Shown: positions 46,423 through 57,275, counted from the stretch's first letter. The stretch is DNA of 64,000 nucleotides from Eubacteriales bacterium (GCA_045644805.1 JAZRHO010000043.1:4193-68192), one strand, 5' to 3'. Translations and numbers: made by a program. The notes: generated from the letters alone by a model not told the origin.

Positions 46423-47796
46423 TTATTCTTCTGCACTGTCGCAGCATTCAAAATCGTTGTCAATATAATTGGCAATAAATTTTGCGCGAAGATTTCTTAC
46501 GTTGCAAAGAGCGTTTGGCGTATCTGCCAGATCAAGGTCTTCGGGGAGAACAAATTTTACGCAACGGATAAGAATATCACGACAAGATTCAGAATTGTGA
46601 GCGGGCACAGTCATCGTTTTTATTCCGCGCTTGTATTCAATGTCATTCTCATCAACCTCGTAAAGCAATATAGCGAGCGCTACGCGTTTTCCGGGGCAGA
46701 TGTTTTGTAAGGTAACGTCAAGCATAACTATACGTCCGATTGAGTCGAGCTGAATGTCTCCCGCATCAAACACTATGGTGTCGGAGCAGCCCTCTGCGGC
46801 ATAATCAACAGCGGTTGGGCACGGCTCGGTGATAACCGTTTCGCACTCAACGTTTATTACAGGAGAAGGGAAGGATACGACGTTTCCTTCATTGTCGCTA
46901 TATTCAATGCTTTCGTTCACGGCTACGTCACCTGTGCAGGGACCGATATGCTCAACGGTAAATTCAAATGCCGCGCCTTCGCTTGCATTGACTCCAAGCT
47001 CATCAATTTCCCACTTAACTGTCTGCGAATCAAGAAGCGTTGCACTTCCTTTTGTGGGTGTGGTCAGAGTAACTATACGAAAACAAGGGGAGACTCTGTC
47101 TATAATCGCAATATTGGTTGCTCCCGGATTTGATATATTTTCCGCAAGATCCTCAAATAAATCTTCAAGATCTGAAGCATCGGGGGCAATCGCAACGTAT
47201 GCGCTGTCAGGGTCGGATGCCCAGTCGCGAAGCGCCTGCTCGTCAAGTCCGCCGTTTCCGTCAAGTCCAATAGAGTATATTACAACGCCCTGTGCCTTTG
47301 CCGCTGTCGCCACCGTGTTGGGATCGCCTCCGGCAGTTGTGACACCGTCGGTAAAAATAATCATAATCTTTGCATTTGTCGATGATGGGTCAAAGAGCGC
47401 AAGTCCCTTAGTGAAAGCGTCTGCATGATTTGTTGATCCGCCTGCGCTGAGAGCGTCTGTGGCGCTTTTTAACTCATCTACTGAGGTTATAAGTCCTGTA
47501 TCCTGAGTCGCGGTTTCGGAGAAGCTTACAATGCCTATACGGCTTCCCGATCCTATCTGACCGTCTGCTGAGCTGTCGGTTGCTTCATCTATAATATCAA
47601 TGAACTTGTTTACCGCAACTTTTAGACTTTCGAGCGGAGTTCCGCTCATACTTCCCGAGCGGTCAAGGAGTAAAACAATGTCCACGGGATTAGACGTGAT
47701 ATTAGGCTCTGCGGTAAGGGATAACCTTACTTGTAATCTGCCGCCGCAATCAATGTTTGATAAACTTATTTCTTTGTTAGAATTTGTAACACCCAT
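46423..47796 (-). CDS. Acidic VWA-domain protein with Cys-rich C-terminal domain
   Basis: MIDAS motif DRSGSM, GGST, FTDG; no signal peptide. Confidence 0.85.
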   Translation of the reverse strand: MGVTNSNKEISLSNIDCGGRLQVRLSLTAEPNITSNPVDIVLLLDRSGSMSGTPLESLKVAVNKFIDIIDEATDSSADGQIGSGSRIGIVSFSETATQDTGLITSVDELKSATDALSAGGSTNHADAFTKGLALFDPSSTNAKIMIIFTDGVTTAGGDPNTVATAAKAQGVVIYSIGLDGNGGLDEQALRDWASDPDSAYVAIAPDASDLEDLFEDLAENISNPGATNIAIIDRVSPCFRIVTLTTPTKGSATLLDSQTVKWEIDELGVNASEGAAFEFTVEHIGPCTGDVAVNESIEYSDNEGNVVSFPSPVINVECETVITEPCPTAVDYAAEGCSDTIVFDAGDIQLDSIGRIVMLDVTLQNICPGKRVALAILLYEVDENDIEYKRGIKTMTVPAHNSESCRDILIRCVKFVLPEDLDLADTPNALCNVRNLRAKFIANYIDNDFECCDSAEE

Positions 47797-47924
47797 TTTT
47801 TTATCCTCTTTCATTTTTATTGTCCTTTTTTGTTTCGGTGGACTGTTTTTATTCTATGAGAATATGTCGAAAAATGTTAAATCAAGAGATAAGATTATAA
47901 TTGTTTTTTTGATTGAAAAACGCA

Positions 47925-47950
47925 AAAAATCCCCGGTTTCGGGGATTTTT
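47925..47950. terminator. Intrinsic terminator after ylmH
   Basis: aaaaatccccg...cggggattttt. Confidence 0.8.
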
Positions 47951-47966
47951 CTTTGAATAGTACCAT

Positions 47967-48734
47967 TTATACGTATTTTTTTAACTCGACGTTAAGCTTT
48001 CCTTTTTTCGTAAGTCCTATAGATCCGCAGTAAATGAATCTTCCGTATCCACGTACGCTTACAATATCGTTTATCTTTGGTGCGTATGAATTATTCTCGC
48101 ATATTTTTCCGCATACGAACACAAGTTTTTTCTTAAAGAGGGACTGAGCATCGTCTCTTGATAGTCCAAAAGCTTTCGCTACTGCGGCATCAATTCTTTC
48201 GCCCGAAAGCTGTATTTTGACCGTTTCGGTTTTAAAAAACTCACCTTTCGGAAGCTCCGGAATTGTCTTTGCATTTATATCGGTGTGCTTTATGCGCGTG
48301 AGGCTTTCACAAATATAGTCCGTCATTTCTTCTTTTGCGAAAATATATCCCACGTTATCAATTATGACAATATCTCCAAGGCAGGAGCGTTCAATTCCGA
48401 GATTCATGAGCGAGCCGAGAAAGTCACGGTGCGAAAGCTTGTCAGCAAATTTTGACGCCTTTGGCTCTGCCTTTATAACAGATATCGGGAAAGGCTCTTC
48501 ATATCCAAGCTCTTCAGGATCGCCAAAGCGTACCATAACCCGTTCGCATCCGTCAGTGCCTCCGAACATGGTGTATCTTGTGCCTCTTGGATAGGAGTTT
48601 TTCGCTTCCGTAAAAACAGATTGCTCCGAAAGACCTAAAAAGTCGGTGAATACATAATATCCGTGCTCAGAACTCTTTTGCGCCAATTCAATGAAGCGTT
48701 TATATAGAAGCTCTTCTTCGCTATTCAGTGCCAT
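47967..48734 (-). CDS. ylmH: YlmH-like S4 RNA-binding protein
   Basis: TDFL, FGG...ER, LSHRDFLGSLMNLGIER and SVRGYGR motifs. Confidence 0.88.
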   Translation of the reverse strand: MALNSEEELLYKRFIELAQKSSEHGYYVFTDFLGLSEQSVFTEAKNSYPRGTRYTMFGGTDGCERVMVRFGDPEELGYEEPFPISVIKAEPKASKFADKLSHRDFLGSLMNLGIERSCLGDIVIIDNVGYIFAKEEMTDYICESLTRIKHTDINAKTIPELPKGEFFKTETVKIQLSGERIDAAVAKAFGLSRDDAQSLFKKKLVFVCGKICENNSYAPKINDIVSVRGYGRFIYCGSIGLTKKGKLNVELKKYV

Positions 48735-48738
48735 TGTA

Positions 48739-49488
48739 TCAGATAAGATCTACGGGGTATAGGATTTTAAGCTGATTGATCTTGCTCTCATATGCCGCGC
48801 GCTGCTTTTCATTTTCAAGCATTGAGCGTATGCCCTCTTTAACTTCGTTAAGAGGAGCGGTTTTAGCTTCGCTCTTGGAGTTAAGCTTTATGAGGTGATA
48901 ACCGAATTGAGTCTTTACGGGTGTCTTTGTTATTTCTCCGACCTCCATAGAGAAAACTGCGGTATCAAATTCGGGAACCATCTGACCGCGTGAGAAGTCG
49001 CCAAGAGAACCGCCTCTTTCCTTTGAAGGGCAGGATGAGTGTTCCTTTGCGGCATCCTCGAATGTTATCTTTCCAGCTTTGATATTTTCATAAATTTCGA
49101 TAGCCGCCTCTTCGGTCTGCACAAGAATGTGGCTTGCATTGACGGTTTCGTCTTCCATGAACTTGCTCTGATTCTCAGAATAGTATGTTTCAATTTCCGA
49201 GTCAGTTACCTTCGCAGCCGAACGTATAGCTTTTTCTGCCGCATAGTTAGCCAGCAGATCGTCTTTAAGCTTTGCCAGCTGAGCGCGGAACTCTGGCTCA
49301 CCTTCCATAAGATTTCTTTTTGCGTCAAGAAGAAGGAGCTTTGAATTAATAATCTGCGTAAGTATCATTTTGCGTCCTTCAGGGGTGTTGTAGCTTTGTC
49401 CTCTTTGACCAAGGGTCATAAGGAACTCATCTACTTCGGAAGCCGTTATAGGCTGACCTCCTACTGTTGCAAGAATTTTGTTTTCCAT
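48739..49488 (-). CDS. Parvulin-type peptidyl-prolyl isomerase
   Basis: ASHILV, SSCPS..RGGSLG, MVPEFD and TQFGYHLIK motifs. Confidence 0.93.
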   Translation of the reverse strand: MENKILATVGGQPITASEVDEFLMTLGQRGQSYNTPEGRKMILTQIINSKLLLLDAKRNLMEGEPEFRAQLAKLKDDLLANYAAEKAIRSAAKVTDSEIETYYSENQSKFMEDETVNASHILVQTEEAAIEIYENIKAGKITFEDAAKEHSSCPSKERGGSLGDFSRGQMVPEFDTAVFSMEVGEITKTPVKTQFGYHLIKLNSKSEAKTAPLNEVKEGIRSMLENEKQRAAYESKINQLKILYPVDLI

Positions 49489-49534
49489 AAATATATCTCC
49501 TTAAAAATTGATAACCCGTATAATTGAATTCGCG

Positions 49535-50908
49535 TTACTTTAGCCGTAACCCTTTGGGGTAATGATTTTTTATTTTTCCACCGCTCGCTTTGCCTCCGCC
49601 CATAACCGATCCATGCCAGAGCACGGAGCAAAATCCGTTTGATGTAAACGATGAAGCATCTATTTCCTCACCGGAAAGATATTTTTCTGCGATGCTCACT
49701 TCGGTTATGTTTTCTTGTCTTACAAAGAGCTTGCCGTAGGCGGAGTAAAATTGATGAGAGGGAATAAGTGTCTTTCCTTTTAGTTCGCCTATGAGCACGC
49801 CTGCGCAAAATACCCCATATTTTGGAATGGGACATTCGTGCGGAATGAGAACAAGGTTGTCCCCGTGCTTTGCTAGCCGTCCGTTCGGTATATTTGTGAG
49901 ATTTTGTCTGAAAAACTCGGTAACCGTGTTAAGCTCTTCCTTGGACAGAGACTTTGTACTATCCTTGAAGCTTATAGACGGATTGTCACATGAGGTCTTT
50001 TCCAAAAGAGCTATAAATTGACCTTCACCTGCGGTTTTATGAGGATAAAACCTGCGGCATTTGTTTAATTCTGCAGTTCTTGCGCCTTCATAAACTATAC
50101 CGTCAGATGTTACGTCATAAAGAGCCTTCGGAACATCGATAAGCTTGAATTCTTTATGTTTTGAAAGAAATTCGTCTATGATCATTTCATTTTCTTCGAT
50201 AGAGTATGTGCAAGTCGAATAGAGAAGCTTTCCTCCTGACTTTACAATATGAGCCGCATTGTTGAGAATGTTCTTTTGCCTTGCAGAGCATGTTTGAACG
50301 TTCTCTTCGCTCCATTCTTCTATTGCAGGCACGTCCTTTCGGAACATGCCTTCTCCTGAACACGGAGCATCAGCAACAACAATATCAAATACCGAATCAA
50401 AAAACTCGGCTATTTTTGCCGTATCAAGTGAGGTTACCATACCGCATTTTATTCCCATACGCTCGAAATTCCCTACGAGAATTTTTGCTCTTTTAGGCAC
50501 ATATTCGTTTGCGAGTATAAAACCGCCTTTCCCAAGAAAGGACGCTAGCTGTGTTGACTTGCCGCCCGGAGCAGCGCACAAGTCTGCTATCCACATATTT
50601 TCTTTTATTTCAAGCGCGGATACGCTCGCCATAGCGCCGGGGTCTTGAATATATATCTGCCCCGCATGGTGCATCGGTGTATTACCTATACCGATTATAT
50701 CGGAGAGAGGCAAATATCCGTGTTGAGCGTAGGATAAAGGTTTAAGTTCTATATCCGAGTGCATAATAAAATCATCATCTGATGTGCATTTCAGCGGATT
50801 TACTCTGATTCCCCGCACTGCATTCTCTTCGGTCAGAGCTTTTTCAAAAAGTGCGTATTCATCACAGAGAAGCTTTTTCATACGTTCTTTGAATTTTTCA
50901 GGAAGCAT
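49535..50908 (-). CDS. RsmF/NOL1-NOP2-Sun family RNA m5C methyltransferase
   Basis: DLCAAPGGKS, DAPCSGEGMFRK, YSTCT and KNHYPKGLR motifs. Confidence 0.92.
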   Translation of the reverse strand: MLPEKFKERMKKLLCDEYALFEKALTEENAVRGIRVNPLKCTSDDDFIMHSDIELKPLSYAQHGYLPLSDIIGIGNTPMHHAGQIYIQDPGAMASVSALEIKENMWIADLCAAPGGKSTQLASFLGKGGFILANEYVPKRAKILVGNFERMGIKCGMVTSLDTAKIAEFFDSVFDIVVADAPCSGEGMFRKDVPAIEEWSEENVQTCSARQKNILNNAAHIVKSGGKLLYSTCTYSIEENEMIIDEFLSKHKEFKLIDVPKALYDVTSDGIVYEGARTAELNKCRRFYPHKTAGEGQFIALLEKTSCDNPSISFKDSTKSLSKEELNTVTEFFRQNLTNIPNGRLAKHGDNLVLIPHECPIPKYGVFCAGVLIGELKGKTLIPSHQFYSAYGKLFVRQENITEVSIAEKYLSGEEIDASSFTSNGFCSVLWHGSVMGGGKASGGKIKNHYPKGLRLK

Positions 50909-51051
50909 ACCTCGTCCTCCTTTCGGCATAGCATTAACTATTCTACAACATTTTTCCTCTTTAGTCAAGATAAAATATTTAAAAGCATTGACTTTAAATA
51001 GATAAAATGATAAAATGAAATCACAGACGAAGACTTAAATGAGGTGAGCTT

Positions 51052-52329
51052 GTGGCAGAATGTGAAGTGTTAAGAAAAAGCAAAAACGGAATAGAAGTGT
51101 ATTCCTATAAAAATCCTGCGTTGCATAGCTTTTATATATCGCTTTTCGTTAAATCGGGATGCATGTATGAAGACGGTGAAGCTTCGGGGATAACTCATTT
51201 CCTTGAGCATGCTCTCATAAGGAACGTAAATAAGCTTTATGACATGAAGCTTTATGCGCTTCTTGATAAAAAAGGACTCGAATTCAATGCGGGTACTTAC
51301 AGCGAAATGGTTCAGTTTTATGTCAGCGGAGCATCTTCTAATTTTGGAGTGGGTGCTGAAATAATTTCAAAGCTGTTCTCACCGATAGTCCTTACCCGTG
51401 CTGAGCTTGACTCGGAGCGAAAACGCATAAAAGCTGAAATAAGAGAGAGTGATGATAAAACGTCGCTCGCTACGTTCACAAATAAAATAGTTTTTGAAAA
51501 AACTGCACTTGCTTCATCAATAGTCGGTACAAACAAAACGGTAGATAAGGTCACTCTTAAGTCTTTGGAGGCATACAGAAGAAGTGCTATGAGTGACGGC
51601 AATATATTCCTTTATGTCACCGGCAACTTCACGGATTTGGATATTGATAAGCTCATTTTTGAACTTGAAATATGCAATCTGATGCATAAAAGTGGAAATG
51701 GCAATATCGCGCCGATACCCGAAAAATTCGGCAAAAGGCAAACAGAAGTTTACATTAAGAATTCTGATTATACTATGATGCGCTTTACCTTTGATCTCGA
51801 TATGACGAAATATTCTGTCGCTGAAACCGATCTTCTTTACGATATGCTGCTATCGGGATACAATTCCAAGCTGTTCATAGAAATGAGCGAAAAGCGAGGA
51901 CTTTTTTATGATATAAGCGGCTCTTGCGAGAGATATAAAAACATTGGAACCATGTACTTTTCTTTCGAGGTTAAGGAAAAGGATGTTTATGATGCTGCAC
52001 GGATTGTTGTTGAGATTTTGAATTCCGTAAAAGAGGAGTCGGGTGCGGAATCTGAATTTATCAAGGCGGGCTACGTAGATAATGCGTATATGCTTTACGA
52101 TGACGCAAGAGAATTGAATTTCACCTTTGCCTATGATAATCACATAATGAATGAAACATATGCTTCAGTTGAAGACAGACGCTGCCGTTACGATAAAATA
52201 GACGCAAAGCGCTTGGCTTCTATGGCAAAAGAGATATTTACGCCGGAAAATCTTACCGTTACCATGAAATCAAATAAAAAGCATATAGACACGGAAAAAA
52301 TCAAAAAGATAGTAGGTAATTTGATATGA
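51052..52329 (+). CDS. M16 family metallopeptidase
   Basis: GITHFLEH (HxxEH), FNAGT and SKLF.E..EKRGL.Y motifs. Confidence 0.88.
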   Translation: MAECEVLRKSKNGIEVYSYKNPALHSFYISLFVKSGCMYEDGEASGITHFLEHALIRNVNKLYDMKLYALLDKKGLEFNAGTYSEMVQFYVSGASSNFGVGAEIISKLFSPIVLTRAELDSERKRIKAEIRESDDKTSLATFTNKIVFEKTALASSIVGTNKTVDKVTLKSLEAYRRSAMSDGNIFLYVTGNFTDLDIDKLIFELEICNLMHKSGNGNIAPIPEKFGKRQTEVYIKNSDYTMMRFTFDLDMTKYSVAETDLLYDMLLSGYNSKLFIEMSEKRGLFYDISGSCERYKNIGTMYFSFEVKEKDVYDAARIVVEILNSVKEESGAESEFIKAGYVDNAYMLYDDARELNFTFAYDNHIMNETYASVEDRRCRYDKIDAKRLASMAKEIFTPENLTVTMKSNKKHIDTEKIKKIVGNLI

Positions 52330-55100
52330 ACTTCAAAAACGTAGAAAAGAAATACCGACCCATACCATTCTGGTCATGGAACGAAAAGCTTGATATCGAG
52401 GAAACGCGCCGTCAGGTAGCGCTGATGGATGAGGCCGGAATCGGGGGGTACTTTATGCACGCAAGAGGAGGACTGCTGACAGAATATATGTCTGATGAGT
52501 GGTTTGATAACGTAAAAGCGGCATGCGATGAAGGAAAGGCCCGTTCTATGTACCCCTGGGCATATGATGAAAACGGTTGGCCATCCGGCTTCGGTGGCGG
52601 CAAGGTCAACGGTCTTGGGGAAGAGTATCAGCAAAAATATGTTATGGTCGAGTCCTTCGACGGTGACGCTGAGAAGAAAAAAGCATATAATACTCTTCTC
52701 GTAAAAAACGGTTACCGATACTATTATCTTGTCAATGAGTTTTATGTTGACACTATGAGTCATGAAGTCGTTAAAAAATTTATAGATGAAATATATGCCG
52801 AGTACGAAAAGCGTATGGGCAATTCTTTTGAAGGCTTCTTTACAGACGAGCCGCAGATAATGCGTACTGGCTCATATCCGTGGAGCTTTCCTATGCCGAA
52901 AATATTCTCGGAAAAATACGGCTATGATTTGGTGGAGCGTTTAAATGAGCTCTTCTTTGATGAAGGCGATTACAAACGCACCCGTGTTGATTATTGGAAG
53001 CTTGTTACCGAGCTTTTCTCGAAAAATTACTTTAAGCAGATATATGATTGGTGCGAGAGCAGGGGTTATAAGTTCACAGGTCATCTTCTTCTAGAAGAAA
53101 GCCTCATCTCAAACCTTCGTGCAAGCGGTGCTTCCATGCCTCACTACGAGTATTTTTCCATACCCGGGATGGATTGGCTCGGAAGACCTATACGCGATTG
53201 CCTTACACCGACGGCTCTTGGTTCAGCAGCCGCTCAGCTCGGTAAAAAGCAGGTTCTTTCCGAGACGTTTGCTCTTGCAGGACATAACGTATCTCATAAT
53301 GAACTTAAGAGAATATACGAGTGGCAAATGGTCAGAGGCGTGAATCTGCTTTGTACGCATCTTGAAGGCTATTCGCTAAGAGGTATCAGAAAGCGCGATT
53401 ATCCGCCTGCAATGTACTATCAGCAGCCATGGTGGGATGATATGAACATCTTCTTTGATTCTATGTCGAGAATCGGTAAGCTTTTAGCGGAGGGAAAGCC
53501 TTCTGCCGATACGCTTCTTATACATAATCAAACCACAGCATGGTTGCTCTACCGAGGCGACGCTATGGACAGCCGCGACGAGGTGCGCCGTCAGATAGGC
53601 CATTATAATAAAGCGCTTCTTAGCGATATGAAGGCGCTCGAAAGAAAAAATATTCTTTATCATCTTGGAGATGAAATCCTGATTGAACGTCATGGTAAGG
53701 TAGTAGGTAATGAATTCATAATAGGAGATATGCGCTATACTAGAGTAATAATTCCCGAAAATCTCGGCCTTCTACCCAATACGGAAAAGCTCCTTGCCGA
53801 ATTCCGTAAAAACGGGGGCGTAATAACTACTTCTTGCGATATTGCTCCAAACCCAATTACCGAGGAAAACAATCTTACGTACACTAAGCGTCAGTTTGAA
53901 GATTTTGATGTGCACTATTTTGTAAACAGCACAGAATCGTCCGTCTACGCAACCTTTACAAGAGGAAACCTTGTGCTTGATATCTCAACAGGCGAAACAA
54001 AACCCTTCTTCGGAAGTCATAGCTTCGCTCCGTTTGAAAGCCTTGTTCTCATTGATACGCATGAGCCTCGCTCTCGCATGCTTGGTCAAAGAGAGCTCGA
54101 AAATCTTTCTCTTTCCGGTGTGTGGAACGTCAAATCGTCATCTATGAACTCGATAACGCTTGACAGATGCGATTATTATATCGACGGAGAACTAATATCC
54201 AAAAATACGTACGTGCTTGATATATTACCGAGAATAAACGAGCAAAGACGGCCGGTTAATCTAAAGGAGGTATTCAAATTCCAAGCAGAGTACCTGCCTC
54301 GAAAGCTTGCATTGTGCACGGAAACACCGGAAATCTTTGATATCACTCTTAATGGTAAAAAGGTAAGCGGTACAACAATAGGAGAGTTCAGGGATAAGAG
54401 CTTTAAGCTCCTTGATATTGCCGAACATGTGCTTCTTGGAGAAAACGAGCTTGTTATGGAGTCAAAAATAGTTCAAAGCGATAAGACATACGAGCATCTT
54501 TCCAAATCATGGGCATTTGAAACCATGAAAAACTCACTTGCTTACGATATGGAAATAGAGCCTATATACATCGTTGGAGATTTTGGTGCAAAAATAGTGG
54601 GAGAAACCGATGATTTTGAAGACGCATCTTACCGAATCTCGGACCTACCCGTAATAACCGAGCCGCCAAAGACGGTATTGGCAGAATCGCTTGATTTTTC
54701 AGGATATCCGGAATTTGCAGGAGAGCTTGTGCTTGAACGTAAAGTTAACGTTTCGGATACAAACAAGAAAGTAAGCCTTCAGGGCCGCGGAATGAATTCC
54801 GTAAGTATAACGGTAAATGGAACGAAGGTAGCAACTAAAATGTTTGCCCCGTACGATGTGGATATATCCGATTATCTTATCGCGGGAGAAAATCTTATTG
54901 AGCTTAAGATTTTAAACAATCTTCGCAATATGCAAGGACCTCATCATTTAAAAGAAGGGGATAATGCAAGAATAGTGCCCGGCTCCTTCTATCGTGAGTC
55001 CAATGTTTTTGCTCATGCTTCCGGCAATGGTGAATCTTGCCACGATATGCTTGCGCATTTCGATGAACGCATATCTCTTGTTCATTTTGGCATAAAATGA
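52326..55100 (+). CDS. Glycoside hydrolase (GH106-like alpha-L-rhamnosidase family)
   Basis: RPIPFWSWN, WAYDENGWPSG, FFTDEP, PGMDWL and LSETFA motifs. Confidence 0.72.
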   Translation: MNFKNVEKKYRPIPFWSWNEKLDIEETRRQVALMDEAGIGGYFMHARGGLLTEYMSDEWFDNVKAACDEGKARSMYPWAYDENGWPSGFGGGKVNGLGEEYQQKYVMVESFDGDAEKKKAYNTLLVKNGYRYYYLVNEFYVDTMSHEVVKKFIDEIYAEYEKRMGNSFEGFFTDEPQIMRTGSYPWSFPMPKIFSEKYGYDLVERLNELFFDEGDYKRTRVDYWKLVTELFSKNYFKQIYDWCESRGYKFTGHLLLEESLISNLRASGASMPHYEYFSIPGMDWLGRPIRDCLTPTALGSAAAQLGKKQVLSETFALAGHNVSHNELKRIYEWQMVRGVNLLCTHLEGYSLRGIRKRDYPPAMYYQQPWWDDMNIFFDSMSRIGKLLAEGKPSADTLLIHNQTTAWLLYRGDAMDSRDEVRRQIGHYNKALLSDMKALERKNILYHLGDEILIERHGKVVGNEFIIGDMRYTRVIIPENLGLLPNTEKLLAEFRKNGGVITTSCDIAPNPITEENNLTYTKRQFEDFDVHYFVNSTESSVYATFTRGNLVLDISTGETKPFFGSHSFAPFESLVLIDTHEPRSRMLGQRELENLSLSGVWNVKSSSMNSITLDRCDYYIDGELISKNTYVLDILPRINEQRRPVNLKEVFKFQAEYLPRKLALCTETPEIFDITLNGKKVSGTTIGEFRDKSFKLLDIAEHVLLGENELVMESKIVQSDKTYEHLSKSWAFETMKNSLAYDMEIEPIYIVGDFGAKIVGETDDFEDASYRISDLPVITEPPKTVLAESLDFSGYPEFAGELVLERKVNVSDTNKKVSLQGRGMNSVSITVNGTKVATKMFAPYDVDISDYLIAGENLIELKILNNLRNMQGPHHLKEGDNARIVPGSFYRESNVFAHASGNGESCHDMLAHFDERISLVHFGIK

Positions 55101-55214
55101 AAATGTCAATATAGTGCAATAAAAAGGCAATAAATCCATTGAAATTCAAAATATTGTTATGTATAATATATTTGAATGGCAATGAAGCCAAAAAGTTTTG
55201 CGGAGGATTGTAAA

Positions 55215-56390
55215 ATGGCAAATGTTCTTGATGCATTCAAAGAAAATCAAAATGTTGAAAAAGTGGACGTTACTAAAAAAATCAAAGTAGGTATTATTGG
55301 TACGGGCTGGATAGCAGACGCCCATATCGCTTCATATCTTAAACAGCCTGACGTCGAAATAGTTGCGGGAGCTGATATTGTTCCCGGAAAAGCGGAAGCA
55401 TTCTTTAAAAAGCACGGAATAGAAAATGTTAAATGCTATAATTCGGGCGAGGAGATGGTTAACGATAAGTCTCTTGAGCTTGATGCCGTTTCGATTTGTA
55501 CATATAATACGCAGCATGCTCCCTGTGCTATTCAAGCGCTTAATGCAGGAATTAACGTTCTTCTCGAAAAGCCCTTCACGGTAACCACCGAAGAGGCTGT
55601 TGAAGTAATGAAGGCTGAAAAGGCAAGCGGCAAGGTTCTTTCAATCGGATTCCAACCCAGAATGGACGATAACATGAAGATGGTTAAGGATATCGTTCGC
55701 TCAGGCGAGCTTGGACATGTTTATTATGTTCAGACAGGAGGCGGCCGCCGTCGAGGTATTCCTACACCGTTTGGAACATCGTTTATTGAAAAAGACACTG
55801 CAGGTCTTGGAGCGCTTGCGGATATCGGTTGCTATTCTCTTGATATGGTACTTAATGCCCTTGGTTATCCGAAGCCTCTTACCGTATCGGGCGTTAAATC
55901 TGACTTCTTCGGCAAAGATCCGAATTACATCGGTTATAAAAAGTGCGGACATCCGGAATATCACAAAAAGTTTGGTGTTGATGACTTTGCCGCAGCATTT
56001 ATTCGTCTTGAGGGCGGTATCATAATCGACTTCCGTATAGCATGGGCAATGAATCTTGATACGTCGGGAGATACGATAATATACGGAACCAAAGGCTCTC
56101 TTAGAATTCCTTCTACTGAATGCTGGAACGGATCTGTCGGCGGTGATCTTACCATTTATCATGAGGTTGCGGGCCATCAGGTAGAAACAAAAATGCCGAT
56201 GATTCCCGAAAAGAAAGGCGCTCCCTCTAACTTCGATAAAAAAATACGTACATTTATTGATGCATGCAAGAATGGTACTGCGGCACCCGTTCCTTCGAGC
56301 GAGATACTTTATAACCAGGCTATCCTTGATTCTATTGCGAAATCCTCGGATCTTGGCAGAGAAGTAGAGGTTGTCATTCCTGAGATATAA
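55215..56390 (+). CDS. Gfo/Idh/MocA family oxidoreductase
   Basis: GIIGTGWIA, LEKP and GALADIGCY motifs. Confidence 0.92.
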   Translation: MANVLDAFKENQNVEKVDVTKKIKVGIIGTGWIADAHIASYLKQPDVEIVAGADIVPGKAEAFFKKHGIENVKCYNSGEEMVNDKSLELDAVSICTYNTQHAPCAIQALNAGINVLLEKPFTVTTEEAVEVMKAEKASGKVLSIGFQPRMDDNMKMVKDIVRSGELGHVYYVQTGGGRRRGIPTPFGTSFIEKDTAGLGALADIGCYSLDMVLNALGYPKPLTVSGVKSDFFGKDPNYIGYKKCGHPEYHKKFGVDDFAAAFIRLEGGIIIDFRIAWAMNLDTSGDTIIYGTKGSLRIPSTECWNGSVGGDLTIYHEVAGHQVETKMPMIPEKKGAPSNFDKKIRTFIDACKNGTAAPVPSSEILYNQAILDSIAKSSDLGREVEVVIPEI

Positions 56391-56417
56391 TTGTTTAATT
56401 GTGAAGGAGAATTTACC

Positions 56418-57257
56418 ATGAAAAAATTTAATGTTGGAATTCAGCTTTACGGAGTAAAAAATACGCTTGCAAATGATTTTGAAGGTACACTGCGTGCCAT
56501 AAAAGAAATGGGCTATGATTACGTTGAGTTCGCCGGATATCACGGTAAAACATCTGAGCAAATAAAGCTTATACTCGAAAATTTAAATCTTAAATGTGTA
56601 TCTGCTCATCAAAACCTTAACTTTTTTGAAGAAGACCCCATTAGCGCAGTTAACTTCCTTAAAGGATTTGGAGTAAAATACGTAGTAATTCCATGGTATG
56701 AAAAAAGCAAGCTTGCGGGTTCGGATAAATGGGAGGATACGGTTAAATACTTTAATAAGTACGCAGATATATTTGCCGAAAACGGTATGATGCTTGGTTA
56801 TCATAACCATGATTTCGAGTTTGAAACAGCCGATGGTAAATATCTTCATGACCATATATTTGCCCGCGTTCCGGAGGATAAAATATTCCCCGAGATAGAT
56901 ACGTGTTGGGTTCGTTATGCGGGACTTGATCCCTCGAAAAAAATACGAGAGTTCACCGGCAGAGTACCGCTAGTTCATCTGAAAGACTTTGTGGCTAAGC
57001 GACTTGGTGGCGGACCCGTGTATGACCTTATAGGTGCTTCGGGTGAGCAGGCAAAGAAGGCGTCAAACGAGGAGAATGATTTTGAATTCAGACCGCTCGG
57101 CAAAGGTATTCAGGACTTTAGCCCCATTCTTAAAGCGTGTGAGGAATGTGGATGCGATACTGTTATAGTTGAGCAGGATGAAACCTACGGCGGCATGAGT
57201 GAGCTTGAGGCAGCAAGAATATCCAGAGAATATCTCAAAGATACATTTGGTTTATAA
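56418..57257 (+). CDS. Sugar phosphate isomerase/epimerase (TIM barrel)
   Basis: GIQLY, VEFAG, YHNHDFEF, EIDTCW, HLKD and VEQD motifs. Confidence 0.9.
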   Translation: MKKFNVGIQLYGVKNTLANDFEGTLRAIKEMGYDYVEFAGYHGKTSEQIKLILENLNLKCVSAHQNLNFFEEDPISAVNFLKGFGVKYVVIPWYEKSKLAGSDKWEDTVKYFNKYADIFAENGMMLGYHNHDFEFETADGKYLHDHIFARVPEDKIFPEIDTCWVRYAGLDPSKKIREFTGRVPLVHLKDFVAKRLGGGPVYDLIGASGEQAKKASNEENDFEFRPLGKGIQDFSPILKACEECGCDTVIVEQDETYGGMSELEAARISREYLKDTFGL

Positions 57258-57275
57258 AAACTAAACACAAAAAAC

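Noticed and set aside
46342-46425. Stop-codon readthrough of the VWA gene into the repeat micro-ORF
   Set aside because: It is in frame in copy 1, but copy 2 has an intervening TGA and there is no readthrough signal, so this is likely chance.
55701-56561. Long antisense ORFs (286 aa here; also 1736-2383, 9378-9998, 46829-47428)
   Set aside because: These are shadow frames opposite well-supported genes, with no recognisable motifs.
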